Positions 36,320 to 50,893 of a stretch of DNA of 64,000 bases are shown here, piece after piece. Every line of letters begins with the position of its first letter. Within the stretch, counting starts at the first letter, position 1. The DNA lies in the NCBI RefSeq assembly GCF_006345805.1, contig NC_043000.1:100688001-100752000 (forward strand), read 5' to 3'. Source of the stretch: Octopus sinensis (taxonomy: Eukaryota). The notes under the pieces were generated by a model. It was given only the letters and a program-made list of their open reading frames with translations. It was not told where the DNA came from and made no database searches. The position numbers and the translations under genes were made by a program.

Positions 36320-36838
36320 GTAGAGTAAAAATACATGTATACACATACATGCATATACATACACACACACATAAACACACATACATGCATACACATGCAC
36401 GTATATATATATACACATATACATATATACTTATACATATTTATACACATGTATAGATATGTATATAAATGTACATATATGTGTGTGTGTATATATATAA
36501 TATATATATATATATACACACGCATATATATTCATATATGGTTTATATACATACATTATGCATAAACTCATACACACACATATTCACACACACATACATA
36601 CACATGTACGTATATATATATATATGCATATATATACATATACATATATATATATATACACATGCATATATATGTATATAAATGTACATACGTATGTATG
36701 TATATATATATATACATATATATTTATATATGGTTTACATACATACATACATACAATTATGCATACACTCATAAACACATATATACTTACAAACACGTAC
36801 TTAAAAATATACACGTTCATGCATACATACACACACAC

Positions 36839-36891
<53 letters not shown>

Positions 36892-36985
36892 GCATACATA
36901 TAGGCATTCATACATACATACATACATACATACATACATACATACATACATACATACATACATACATACATACATACATACATCT
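36320..36985. repeat. Compound (TA)n/(CA)n/(CATA)n microsatellite block
   Basis: Directly visible. Confidence 0.95.
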
Positions 36986-37109
36986 TTTATGTAGTTCCAT
37001 CTAAAATACTATTGTCGGTTCTCAATGATCGTCATTGATTTTTTACTTCTTTCAGTAGAATTGGAAATCGAATTTTCTTCCATAAAACTTCTTTTCAAAG
37101 ATATAGAAT

Positions 37110-37168
37110 GTTTATTATTATCATCATCATCATTATTATTATTATTACTATTATTATTATTATTATTA

Positions 37169-37238
<70 letters not shown>

Positions 37239-37261
37239 CATCATCATATTATTATTATTAC

Positions 37262-37296
<35 letters not shown>

Positions 37297-37356
37297 TATT
37301 ATTATTATTATTATTATTATTATCATTATTATTATTATTATTATATATTATTATTA

Positions 37357-37399
<43 letters not shown>

Positions 37400-37413
37400 C
37401 ATCATTATTATTA

Positions 37414-37444
<31 letters not shown>

Positions 37445-37587
37445 TTGCATCTAATTTCAACTTTTACATACAGTTTTTTCGCTCCGTAATTTAAGGACAA
37501 TTTTATAAGAACTTCTACTTGAACAACAGAATATCGACCATCATCGTCGTCGTCATTGTCAGTAACATCATCCTCATCACCATTATT

Positions 37588-37683
<96 letters not shown>

Positions 37684-37703
37684 ATTATTATTATTTATTA
37701 TTA

Positions 37704-37750
<47 letters not shown>

Positions 37751-37770
37751 CATTATTATATTATTATTAT

Positions 37771-37811
<41 letters not shown>

Positions 37812-37812
37812 A
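37110..37812. repeat. (TTA)n/(TCA)n/(TAG)n trinucleotide block
   Basis: Directly visible. Confidence 0.95.
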
Positions 37813-38165
37813 TGTTGTTGTTGATTTGACTCTGGTTCGGTCTTCTTCTTCCTGATAGGATTTACGTAGGTAGCGGGTTACTAACCTGTAACCTTAGGTA
37901 CCCACAAGTTTTCAACAGTCTTTCAAGTGCTTAGAACCCCACTGATAACGTTTCCTGTCCCTAAGTGGCAAACTTTCTGTAGAAGCTCTACGGGACTTGC
38001 TATTCCAGTCTTCTTCGACTGTTTGCCTATATTTTTACTTACAGCTCCCAATGCACCAATCATTATAGGTGCTTTCATATTCCAAATTCTTGCAATTTCA
38101 AATTTTAAGAGATTGCATTCTTTTCGTCCTCTTTCTTTATGATCCTGGAATCCAACGGACATGAT
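37812..38165 (-). mobile_element. R4/Dong LINE 3' end (TAA-associated group)
   Basis: LKFEIARIWNMKAPIMIGALGAVSKN...ELLQKVCHLGTGNVISGVLST* plus 3' UTR running into trinucleotide repeats. Confidence 0.8.
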
Positions 38166-38207
38166 GGATACAATTAGTAAGCAACTTCGCTATTATTATT
38201 ATTTTTA

Positions 38208-38270
<63 letters not shown>

Positions 38271-38285
38271 GACAACTGTGATTGT

Positions 38286-38330
38286 CACACGCCGATGACG
38301 GGTCAATACCCACAAACTCGAGTCCGTATG
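38286..38330 (+). ncRNA. Degenerate minimal type I hammerhead-like motif
   Basis: cacacg-CCGATGA-c-ggg(tcaata)ccc-a-CAAAC-tcga-GTC-cgtatg: helix I, II and III geometry with a palindromic TCGA loop; U4 and G12 mutated. Confidence 0.5.
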
Positions 38331-38545
38331 TATCATAAGTTGAAGACGGGAAGGATGGTTTCCCTTTGCAAATACTGATAGGGCACAGAAAGTGTGTCTA
38401 TAGCCAGCTGGAGGAGGTATCCCCCTGGGGCTACAAACTACTGTAGCATCCACCCTTAGGGGTTAGCCATATTTAAATGGCGAATATACGTCACGATGTG
38501 TTATAGCTACTGTTTATAACTCGCTCTGAGATTTATTATTTATTG

Positions 38546-38601
<56 letters not shown>

Positions 38602-38659
38602 GTCATCATCATCATCATCATCATTATAATTATTATTATTGATGTTCTTATTTTCACTG

Positions 38660-38855
38660 TATTGAAATTGTTTTGCGTAGGATGCGTGCGGTGCTTAGTA
38701 GTGCTATTTTCTGTATATTATTTATATATTTGTTAGTCCTGGTGTTTTTGCTATGTATTTGTCTGAATATTTTTTGTATCATACCTAATGCGCCTACTGT
38801 TCGAGGAATTGTTTCTGTTTTTAGACTCCACATTCGAATTTCTAGGTTTTTGTAT
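38660..38855 (-). mobile_element. R4/Dong LINE 3' end
   Basis: YKNLEIRMWSLKTETIPRTVGALGMIQK...NIQKIALLSTARILRKTIS; (TTA)n at the 3' side. Confidence 0.8.
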
Positions 38856-38864
38856 TAAAGCTTA

Positions 38865-38969
38865 AATTCCACGGAGTTCAAATTAGCCCTCCATTTTTCT
38901 CGATGTCGATAGAATAAGCACCAGTTGAACACTGGGGCCAATTTATTCAAACAGCCCACTCCTGCCAAA

Positions 38970-38970
<1 letters not shown>
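38865..38970 (+). mobile_element. SINE family 2 fragment
   Basis: aaattccacggagttc...tcgatagaataagcaccagttgaacactgggg. Confidence 0.55.
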
Positions 38971-39042
<72 letters not shown>

Positions 39043-39368
39043 TTACAGCGATTGTAGGATCTCTAGGAATGATAAAAAAAAGGTACTGAAACCTATTTGA
39101 AAATGATTCCCGGCTTACCATCCCTACAGGATTAAGTGGAACGGCTCATGTACTGAGACGAGCATTATCGCTGTGAAAACAACATCCATCCAAGAATTTA
39201 TTTATTAATTTTTAAATACATATTTTATCTGTGAATTTGCGTGTGTAATCTGGGAATGCATACAATGAGCTTCTCTGCCCTAGGTGTATGGAAACCACTC
39301 GGCGAGAAACGGAAGAAAATTTGAAGAAAGAAGGAAAAAACATCATCATCATCATAATAATAATAATA

Positions 39369-39431
<63 letters not shown>

Positions 39432-39441
39432 GTGATGGTGG

Positions 39442-39473
<32 letters not shown>

Positions 39474-39639
39474 GTAATTTCTTTATTAACCACAAGGGTT
39501 TACATTAAGAAAATCATTATGGACAGTACAGGACTAAACAAAGATCAGCGACTAGCTGATCTTCCCAAGGTTTCCCCAAGAACGTCGTCGCACTTTTCCA
39601 CCACTAACCCTGTATAAAAAGCTGAAGTGGACGTTCCAC

Positions 39640-39780
39640 CTATAATAATAACGATCCTTTTTAGCAGTAAGTCCCTGGACAAAAATGAGGCGTTTGAAGG
39701 AGTCTGGAGTTAGTTTATCCACTTTAAATCTCTCGAATTCTATGTTCACTCTACCCGCATGTGTGGTAAACTATTCGTTA
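39640..39780 (-). mobile_element. Ty3/Gypsy gag-like fragment
   Basis: HAGRVNIEFERFKVDKLTPDSFKRLIFVQGLTAKKD resembles the RVN..CE.F....LT.D.FKCLIFVQGL segment of invertebrate Gypsy gag (recognised from memory). Confidence 0.55.
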
Positions 39781-39819
39781 TCACTTTTCTCAGTATTCAA
39801 ACACTTAAAACGTGTGTAA

Positions 39820-40110
39820 AGAAAGAATATGTATGATAATCGACATAGCTTGCCCCGGTGACAACAGTATCAGTTTGAAAGAAGAAAAATAAACAACTAT
39901 GACGATTTGAAGTGGGAAATACGATGGATGTGGTCAATGAGAAGAGTAGACGTGATAGCAATAGTAATTAGTGCACTTGGAAGTATCAACACTCAGCTAC
40001 CAACATAGATTTAAAAAAAAAGACTGGTGCAAGTGTGAAGGTAGAACACCTACAAAAATCAGCATTGCTTGGAACTACAAGAATTCTTCGCATGATTCTT
40101 GAAGTATGAC
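39820..40110 (+). mobile_element. R4/Dong LINE 3' end
   Basis: CMIIDIACPGDN...NYDDLKWEI...ISALGS...VEHLQKSALLGTTRILRMILEV*. Confidence 0.8.
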
Positions 40111-40139
40111 CAGTTTACAAATATGCATGTATGTATGTA

Positions 40140-40330
40140 CATTTGGTCTTGTGCCGCCATCCAAAAGTTTTTCGATTTCAGGTTTAAATCCTGCCTTTCC
40201 AAGCCATTGCAGAATCTTATCTTTATCCACTACTTCCTTTGTTTATTATTCTCATATGTAGGGATTCTTTTTTTCTCTCCCTCTCTTCCCGACGTCTTAG
40301 AATCACATTTTTCTAATCTCATTTTCAATT
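40140..40330 (-). mobile_element. R4/Dong LINE internal fragment
   Basis: EVVDKDKILQWLGKAGFKPEIEKLL.AAQD resembles the W...G.LK.ETE..I.AAQDQ motif. Confidence 0.55.
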
Positions 40331-40450
40331 TACTTTTGTTTTGAGATTCCTTAATACTTTTCTTCAACCTTCTGGCGGTTGTCTGTTACTTCAGGCTCCT
40401 AATATGTATATATATATGTGTGTGTGTATACATATATAAATGTATGTATG

Positions 40451-40518
<68 letters not shown>

Positions 40519-40546
40519 GTATATATATATATATACATACATATAT

Positions 40547-40580
<34 letters not shown>

Positions 40581-40653
40581 ATATTGTTATATTTCGGAAT
40601 GGTCATATTGCCAGTTTAGCCAATAAAAAATCTTGCACAACAAATATTTAAAC

Positions 40654-40707
<54 letters not shown>

Positions 40708-40789
40708 TTCTTAACATTAGAGAATTTATTTCCGAGTCTACAGGGGAGAGAAATTCAATTTAGTGGTACTATAACGAATTTTCCACTGT

Positions 40790-41405
40790 ATTTGATATAT
40801 ATACCTCGAATACTGCTGCCCACTGTGGTCTCCCCATACAAGATAAAACAGCTCGAGGATTGAATCACCCCAGAGGGCACTCACTAAACGAATTGAAGGA
40901 ATGGCTGCTCTCGATTATTGGGACCGCCTTAAATCCTTGAAACTCTACTCTCTCCAGCGTCGCCGTGAGCGGTACATCATTTGTACGATGTGGAGAATAT
41001 ACCGCCAACTTTGCCCAAACTATCTGAACATTAGCTTCAAGGTTCATCCAAGACTGGGACCACGGGCCATACGTCCCCTGCCCAATTCAAGATCACAGCA
41101 TACATGTACACTGCAACATAATTTCTTTTCCTCAACAGGCCCTGCCCTATTTAACATTGTCCCGAAAGAGATCAAAGAGGAAAAGCAGCCCATCAACTTT
41201 AAACGGGGTCTGGGTAGATTCCTTCAAGGAATACCAGATAAGCCACCCATAATTGGATACAACTCACCCAACAAAAACTCACTACTTGAATGGACCATAA
41301 GCAAAACTTGACTTAAGCAGGATTTAGATAATGCTATCAGGTGGTGCTATTAAGTTAGACATGGCTTGGACTAATCTTTGGTCGAAACATATCTAAGTTT
41401 TATGT
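40790..41405 (+). mobile_element. CR1-clade LINE 3' end
   Basis: LEYCCPLWSP...QRALTKRIEGMAALDYWDRLKSLKLYSLQRRRERY...FKRGLGRFLQGIPDKP...NSLLEW* plus short 3' UTR. Confidence 0.9.
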
Positions 41406-41406
41406 A

Positions 41407-41469
<63 letters not shown>

Positions 41470-41544
41470 AAAATAACAGGAACCAAGAGGTGGAACGAGA
41501 CGACGAATCGAAACGAACCTGATGTGGGGCGCTGTCAGACAATA

Positions 41545-42099
41545 AGGTGATAAATAAAAATATATGCATACATACAAACATATATGTACGTACCTACATC
41601 TACATGTATATATGCATGCATATATAAATAATTATACATGAGTACAGGACACCACAATAAGACGTAGAAACGGGAAAAACAAAAAAACAAAAAACAAGAA
41701 AGCGAAAAACAAAAAACAAGAAAACGCAGTCTTATTGTTACGTCCTGTTCGTGTTCGTACTCATTTTGCCCCGCTGCTTGGAATTTTATTTTAATTCTCT
41801 CGCAGGAAGGCCTATTGGATTAGTGTTCTGTCTCTGCCTTCGAAACATGCTTGACTCCACTAGCGACAGCTGATGACGGGGGTTTTTTCCTTGTGTAGCT
41901 CGTCCTGTAACTGTTTTTTTCGTTTTCTTGTTTTTTGTTTTTCGTTTTCTTGTTTGTTTTTTTTTATGTTTTTCCCGTTTCTACGTCTTATTGTGGTGTC
42001 CTGTACTCATGTATAATTATTTATATATGCATGTATATATATATGTAGATGTAGGTACGTACATATATGTTTGTATGTATGCATATATTTTATTTATCA

Positions 42100-42102
<3 letters not shown>
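41545..42102. repeat. Long inverted repeat, 182-bp arms (41545-41726 / 41921-42102), probably a Penelope-type inverted terminal structure
   Basis: Arms are near-identical reverse complements, including unique sequence gagtacaggacaccacaataagacgtagaaacggg; 194-bp spacer. Confidence 0.9.
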
Positions 42103-42151
<49 letters not shown>

Positions 42152-43157
42152 TTGTTTAAGAGACAGAACCACCTGCAAACAACTCAATCAACATTGAACG
42201 ACGTTATCTATGACAGAGGTAGATAATATTATCAACTTAACACCTGCAATTACTAATCTGATTCATATACATTAGATAGGATATGCGCGTGTCATGACAA
42301 TAAATCTATCGATATTGCTAAAGTAGGTCTCGAAATTCAATACTCTATCGATCCGACTATACTGCCATTCTTCAGGTCTGGATTATATATAAACTATTTT
42401 ACTATTTACAACCTATATAGAGACATGATAATTAAAATTATACATTTTAGAAATCATCGAAATAATTTATCTTAACTAAAAACGAACGAAATAAAGTATT
42501 AAAATAATAAAAAATAGGAAAAAGAAAAAGAGACATTTAACTTGTCTTTTTGGTAAGTCCCCTTACTTACCTCGAATTAATCATGATTACTGAGTAAGCA
42601 ACGTATATTCCATTCTAGAGAGCTCCAGTGTAATTGTTTTCCCCCAAAATTATGTCATCGGAATCTACATACTCAGAGGTATATTTGTAGAAAATTTCAT
42701 TTAAAAATATCTACTTTCTTGAAAGTTAAGACGAATTGAAGTGGACTCCGATGAATTTTCCCAAAGTCCCCCCCCCCCGATTTTGTAGTCGGGAATGGGG
42801 CAGAAATCTGTAGTTATGCCTTTGAATTAAACGCGAAGAGATTTCAGTTGAAGCAAATTTTTGCAACAATTTCTTCAAAAAGATATCAGAGTAACCTTTC
42901 GGAAAATATGCTCAAAAGGAAACAAAATATTCCGTAAATCTTCTCAGCTCCAAAAGCCTTTATATCAATGATAGAAGTTTTTCCTTTAGTGACATCGGTT
43001 TTTCTTACCTTTTTGCTGAATTTGCAAACTAACTGGTGGGAATAAAATGACCTGTTTATTTTCATCTCTGTTCATATATATACGTGTATATATGGGTGTG
43101 CGTGTTGTGCGTTACCAGTACCATAAATCTCTCTCTTTCTCTCTCTCTCTCTCCTCT

Positions 43158-43670
<513 letters not shown>

Positions 43671-43949
43671 GAGATGAGATGTAAAGAACTTTTTTAATTC
43701 TCGAATTGCCCCCTTACTCTATTGGTATACTGAACATTGTGTACAAAAGGTACAGAATTCAGCATAATCTTACGCATGCCCCACCAATATATTGTCATGC
43801 CCCACATTGGGAATCACGATTTTAGAACATTGAGAGTTTTGATGTTTGCTTGGCTCTTTCAAGGATTTATGACTGTTACACTGCCTTTTGTTCACTAATC
43901 ATCAAGTACAAACACGTTTTAAATTTCATTTCTATTTGATGTTTATGCT

Positions 43950-44480
43950 ATTTTCGTTAGGTCAAATGATAACGGGTGGTGAGTGTTCCCCCAATCGTTA
44001 TTATTCTGGGCCATAGTACAACTAATCTTCTCAAATGATACCCAGTACGATCAAGTCATCCCCTACAACTCTTTATCGTGTCCTTACCGGATTATCTTTC
44101 TTTTTCCTTCCTCCGCCAACTGTCCAGATGACAGCTGTCCTTGCTAGTCTCTCCAACGGTAAGCGCAACATATGGCCAAACAGCTCCCTTCGTCTAACTG
44201 TGATGATGTCATGCAGCTTATTCACAACAGCTCTTCTCATGATTTCATCATATCAGATGTTGTCATGCCACGTAGTCTTCAGGATATTTCTAAAGCACCG
44301 GTACATAGTCCACCTTAGTCCACCTTTATATCCGACATGTTACCCGCCTCGACAACGCAATTTTCTTGCTTCACCATAATATAAAACTGCCTCTATATTC
44401 CACTTGCATACGATACCACAGGAATGACATTGGATGCTCACAGACGAAGCTAATCATTTGGTGAATGGAAAAACATAACC
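43950..44480 (-). mobile_element. RTE-clade LINE C-terminal fragment
   Basis: YRCFRNILKTTWHDNI*YDEIMRRA...DIITVRRRELFGHMLRLPLERLARTAVIW..GGGRKK: typical RTE post-RT region. Confidence 0.75.
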
Positions 44481-44632
44481 ATATTGGCGTTAATCTTTCG
44501 AAAACTGCCATCGTTTAACCAAATCTAGACTTGACAACAGTTTCTGATTTTCTATTTCTCTCAACGTTACTGCCTAGGTACGTAAAAGAATCCAGAAATT
44601 CAATAGTTTGTCGGTCACTACTACTACTACTA

Positions 44633-44669
<37 letters not shown>

Positions 44670-44898
44670 TTTCTTTACTACCCACAAGGAGGTAAATACA
44701 GAGAGGACAAACAAGGACAGACAGACTGTTTTAGTCGATTATATCGAACCCAGTGCGTAACTGGTACTTAATTTATCGACCCCGAATGGATGAAAGGCAA
44801 AGTCGACCTCGGCGGAATTTGAACTCAGAACGTAGCGGCAGACGAAATACCGCTAAGCATTTCGCCCGGTGTGCTAACGATTCTGCCAGCTCGCCGCC
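44670..44898 (-). mobile_element. SINE family 2, full-length copy within (CTA)n
   Basis: High identity to 8717-8939. Confidence 0.9.
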
Positions 44899-44940
44899 AA
44901 TCTACCACCACCACCACAGCCACCACCACCACTACTACTG

Positions 44941-45019
<79 letters not shown>

Positions 45020-45067
45020 TACTACTACTGTCGAAATCAAATTTATCTTTCATCCTACCAGGGATAA

Positions 45068-45110
<43 letters not shown>

Positions 45111-45488
45111 ACTTAAACACCACTTCAATACTTAGTTCAAATTAAGCCTGTATTCCTTCTCGCTAAATGCATGGCTCTGTTTCTATATTAGAAATCATTA
45201 TTTCATAATTGTTGTTATTATTGTTCTTGAGAAAATCTTGTCAATGACGAAGCAACAAAAATAATAACAACAACTAAAACAACAACAATAGATTCAAAAT
45301 AAATAAATATAATGGGAAATAGAGAAGATGGAGATGAGGGTGATGATGGCAAAAAAAGAATCAATGATTCAGAGATATTATAAGCCATTTTCGGAGTAGA
45401 TGGTGGAGATGTGCCTAACCAATATTGGATTGTTGAATTCTTCAAGCATTTCTTATTTTCCTAAATATTATTATTATTATTATTGTTA

Positions 45489-45527
<39 letters not shown>

Positions 45528-45549
45528 TATTATTATTATTATTATTATT

Positions 45550-45593
<44 letters not shown>

Positions 45594-45596
45594 TGC

Positions 45597-47013
45597 CTTT
45601 GCACAACTTCTATTGCTGGAGATGTACTGCGGTGTCAGCTGTTCACTACCAGTGAACTAAGGTAACACCTCTTATTTTTCGAGCACCTTCCGGAGTATTC
45701 GAGCGGTTTCAAGCAGTGCTGTTTTTTGCAAGTGCTCCACCCTTATTGCAGCCCCTATTTGTCCCACGTACTTCTCGAGATTTTTGCTCACTATTCCCAG
45801 GGCTCCGACAGTTATTGGTACTATTGCTATCGTTTTCATTGACAACAACTGCATAACTTCCCAAGCTAAACTGTCATATCTCTCAACTTTTCTTTCTTCC
45901 TTATCGCATACCTTGTTGTCAGCTGGGCATGCTATATCTATGATCCAGCATAGTTTGTTTTCTTTCTCAATTAAGACTGTCTGGCTTCCTATTCTCAATC
46001 TCATGGACGCACTGAATCATAAAACCCCATAGGATCTTTGCATTTCTATTTTCGACGATGTCTTCAGGTTTGTGGTCGTACCAATTTGTTTGTTCTGTCA
46101 AGTTCATACTTGTTGCAACGTGTTAAATGGACAAGCCTGGCTATATTGTCGTGGCGTCTCTTATATTCCTTCTGGGTTAGTGGCGTACATTAGCTGGTAA
46201 TATGCCATACAGTTTCACGTTTTTCTGCTGTGTTGTCTATTCTGTATTTTATGTAGTTTGTTCTTAGTGCTTGGTCTTGGGCAGCACAGATTAGAGCCTC
46301 CGTTTCCGGTTTTAAATCACTTTTAGTCATCCACAGCCATCTGTCTGTATTATCTTCAACATCCCTATGAAATTGACCATGCATTCTTTCTTTACCCATC
46401 TATGTTAAGTTTCATCTGTTTTCAATTTCTTGTATAGTGCTTTATCTTCGCAATCTTTCATCCTACACAAGCCTGCATTCTTACTACTAATAATAGCGGT
46501 TTTGTGGCATTTTTTACATACCATGCTATGTTGTTTTCTTCTGCTCTAATACTGTATTCGCATCCAATATGTCACCTTCCTCCGCTTTTTCTTGGTACAT
46601 ACAGTCTGTCTGTATCACTTTTTGGGTGGAGTGACCCATATCTAGTTAGTAACTTCCTTGTCTTTGTGTCTAAGCTGTTTAGTTCGCCTACTGTCCATTT
46701 GATTACCCCTACTCCATATCTAAGGAATGAAACCGCCCAGGTGTTGATGATAGCTTCGATCTTATTCCGTTCGTTTAATTTCGACTTAAGTATCAGTCTC
46801 AGTCTGCGCAAGTTCTCCACATATATATATTTTTCTGTCATTTCTTTCTCCATCAATTTATCCATTTCCAAAATCCCCAAGTACTTATAGCCCGTCTCTT
46901 CTATCTACTTTATAACCTCGCCCGATTGTATCGCCCGTCCATACATTTGATTTTGCCTCTCTTCAAGACTAACGCATCACACTTTCTCAGTCCGAACACC
47001 ATCTTGATATCAG
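45597..47013 (-). mobile_element. R4/Dong LINE, 5'-truncated, complete 3' end, (TAA)n-type repeats on both sides
   Basis: YKYLGILE, NKIEAIINTWAV...LDTKTRKLLT...HPKSDTDRLYVPRKSGGR, MHGQF...LKPETEALICAAQDQAL, IIDIACPAD...YDSLAWE...LQKTALLETARILRKVLEK*. Confidence 0.9.
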
Positions 47014-47027
47014 CATTATTATTATTA

Positions 47028-47112
<85 letters not shown>

Positions 47113-47125
47113 CATCATCATCATC

Positions 47126-47186
<61 letters not shown>

Positions 47187-47209
47187 TATTATTATTATTA
47201 TTATTATTA

Positions 47210-47565
47210 TTCATACACACACAACAAATTAGACTGTTGGAAAAGAAAAAATTCTAACATCAAATAACCTTAGATTCCCAAAACCCTCCTAAGTATCCTA
47301 CCTGTCCTTAATAATACTTTCCTGGAGCTGTACTAAACTTGGTTTTTTGCCCATTTCCTCTATCCATCTGTTCAGATCTTTAGGGATAGTTTCCCAATGC
47401 ACCTATAACTAGAGGGATACATTCTACCCGCACTTGCCATAGTTTCTGTAATTCAATGGCTAGGTCTTGGAAGTTTGCTGTTTTTTCTATACCTTTCATA
47501 TTGACTTTTTCCATCATTTAGGACTGTAAAGTAAATTATCTAGCACTTTCTATTCTTATCATCAT

Positions 47566-47637
<72 letters not shown>

Positions 47638-48530
47638 AATCAGGCCTTTTAGCTTCTATTACTCTGTCAGTCTGAATGGTAAAGTCCCACAACATCTTGT
47701 ATTTCTTACTTTCTAGTACTTTACTAGGTTCATGTTAATGCCATTTATCAGTTTGTTCGAACCATAGCTTTCTACATAACTACCAATGGATTAATCTCCC
47801 TAGATTGTCATGTCTACTTTCCATTTTTCCATGCTACAGCTAATTAATTCTCTTATGTTGTCTCTTGTACTGAATATACTCTAACATTCACTTATCCATC
47901 AGTGTCTTATCATGCCATAGGCTTTCTTGTAATCTATCCATACTATTGTTAGATTTTTCTTTCAAACTCTTATTTCATTTAGAACTGCTTTGTCTATGTA
48001 TAATAGATCATGCGTTCCTCTAGCCTTCTTCCTGCAACCTTTATGTTCTTCTGGCAGTAAATTCTGATTGTAAAGTTGCTCGTAAATGCTTTCTGAGAGC
48101 ATTCCTATTAAGAACCTCCATACTAATGGTAAGCAAGTGATTGGTCTGTAATTGCTAGCTGTTTTACCTTTTCTTTTATCTTTTATACGAAGTATTGTCC
48201 TCCCTCTAGTCATCCAATCTGGTATAATTCCTCCATTAAGGCAATCCTGAAGTTGTTCCCTCAGCCTCTCATGTAAACCACTGTATTTCGTTAGCTAGTA
48301 CCCTTGAACTAAATCTGGTCGTGGGCCCTTCCGATTCTGTAGTTTTCCTAACACTTTACTCATTAATGCACTAGTTAATCTTAAATCTGGTTGCTTCTCA
48401 CTCACTACTTCTCTCACTTTCTTTACCATACTACATCTCCATTATGATTGACTGGCTTATCCCGAATATTATGCTAGAACTTTCTAGCTTCTTCTGCATT
48501 AGATTTCTCATTCTCAGTACTTCGTTCTCG
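47210..48530 (-). mobile_element. R4/Dong LINE with internal deletion and in-frame (GTA)23 expansion
   Basis: NYRPITCLP...QKG-like CRK...DLLYIDK, WIDYKKAY (RT 1-3) joined to RHDNLG...LWDFTIQTDRVIEAKRPDL(V)23...GRILRRVLGI*. Confidence 0.85.
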
Positions 48531-49716
48531 ACTATATATATATATATATTATATATATATATATGGATGTAGGGGTTTTAGTTTAAAGTACACTAGTGAA
48601 AGAATATAGTTTAAACCATTTTTATACAAACTATTTTAGTGTAAAACTTTTGAGTCGGAAAATATTCTTGGATCTGAAGAAGCTTGGTCTGATCGCACTT
48701 CAGTCTAAACATGTTGGTGTCAACCAACTTGGTCTAATAATTCTTTGAGCAATCGTTTGAAAAACAAACTAAAAGAAATATCACATTTATTGTACAACGT
48801 TTATGATATAACAACTCTCAGTAGCTGCTTAATAACTAAGATCATAGTTAATTCCATGAAGGTGGATTTCAGTTTCTCTGTTTCTCGTATCGCCAACAAC
48901 TTTGGCATTTCCTCTGCTCAATGGAGCACCACCACGACCTTCTATGAAATCTGCTGAACATAGAGTTCTTCGTCTACAGTTCTCTTTGTATAGAACGAAG
49001 AAAACGTCCTTGAATGTCAATGTTTACTAAGGATGTTAGAAATAGTGATCACTTCCTATTTCTTTCCGGATGAAACGATTTAAATTATAAACAGCCGGAA
49101 GCATATAGAATAATGAATGTGATAAGTAATGGATTACGTCTACAACAATGGTTTGTCGTAGCTTCTGAAGTGTCATTTGCTTTACATTTAATGTAATCTT
49201 AGACTTGTAACACACCAAGTCTTTCAACAGACCCTGCACGGATGTGTTGAGAATATTTTGAAAACTCTTTAACATACGTCTCTTGAAGCAACACTTGCCG
49301 TCTTAGACATTTCCTGTTAATACATTGTCAATAAGTATTGTCTTTCATAGTTTTATATTAAGCACAGAAATATCGCTTGCACTAAAGTTTCGTCTTACCT
49401 AAAGTATCCTTAACCAAAGCAATGACGATAATTTGAGCGTTACCTATGGCAGCTTTAACCAAAATATGTTACTTTATAATATGATTAAAACGAATTACTC
49501 CGCTACGTTAATTACACTTAAAAATGTTCATAATACTGTAAAATTAAAGCCAGATAAACTTATATAACTAAAGTGATGTATTCATATACGTATGTATTTA
49601 TGCTGTTTATACACACACACACATACACACACACACATATATTTATATATACGTATGTATGCATATATACATACTGTTTCAATATATATATGTATATATA
49701 GTTTCTGTATACGTGT

Positions 49717-49779
<63 letters not shown>

Positions 49780-49781
<2 letters not shown>

Positions 49782-50042
49782 TTTCTGTATATATGTTATA
49801 TATATATATATATGAGGAGAGTGTGTGATCGAACGTGTGTATGTTTCTATGTATGTATGTACGTATGTACATGTATTTATAAATCTTATGTACGTATGTG
49901 CGTATGTCATTATTCGGTTTATTTCAAGATTTCTTGCTAATAGAGAAAGAACCGGTTCCAAACCACATATCATTAGCCACCAAGGGACATGCTCAGCTGG
50001 TTAAAGACAAAACAACTGACATGTAAATTGTTGTTGTTGTTG

Positions 50043-50094
<52 letters not shown>

Positions 50095-50211
50095 GTGGCT
50101 CGAAATCTGCACCCTAGCTTATCGCTGAACTGGCCGTGGGAATGAATTTGGGAGTTTTCTACTGAACCCAAATCTTCGGTTGCATATTGCAGTTTCCAGT
50201 GCACTTCTACA

Positions 50212-50263
<52 letters not shown>

Positions 50264-50299
50264 GCATATATATGTATATGCGTGTGTAAGAGAGAGAGA

Positions 50300-50343
<44 letters not shown>

Positions 50344-50635
50344 TGTGTGTGTGTGTGTGTAGTTTCTGTATATATGTTATATATATATATATATGAGGAG
50401 AGTGTGTGATCGAACGTGTGTATGTTTCTATGTATGTATGTACGTATGTACATGTATTTATAAATCTTATGTACGTATGTGCGTATGTCATTATTCGGTT
50501 TATTTCAAGATTTCTTGCTAATAGAGAAAGAACCGGTTCCAAACCACATATCATTAGCCACCAAGGGACATGCTCAGCTGGTTAAAGACAAAACAACTGA
50601 CATGTAAATTGTTGTTGTTGTTGTTGTTATTATTA

Positions 50636-50680
<45 letters not shown>

Positions 50681-50797
50681 GTGGCTCGAAATCTGCACCC
50701 TAGCTTATCGCTGAACTGGCCGTGGGAATGAATTTGGGAGTTTTCTACTGAACCCAAATCTTCGGTTGCATATTGCAGTTTCCAGTGCACTTCTACA

Positions 50798-50849
<52 letters not shown>

Positions 50850-50893
50850 TACATGCATATATATGTATATGCGTGTGTAAGAGAGAGAGAGTG

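Noticed and set aside
41800-41885. GAAAC and CTGATGA near each other in the inverted-repeat spacer
   Set aside because: Order and helices do not give a valid hammerhead fold.
48660-49460. Possible Penelope 5' region with ctgaagaagc hammerhead relic, or a piggyBac remnant on the other strand
   Set aside because: Too decayed to assign; neither reading gives diagnostic motifs.
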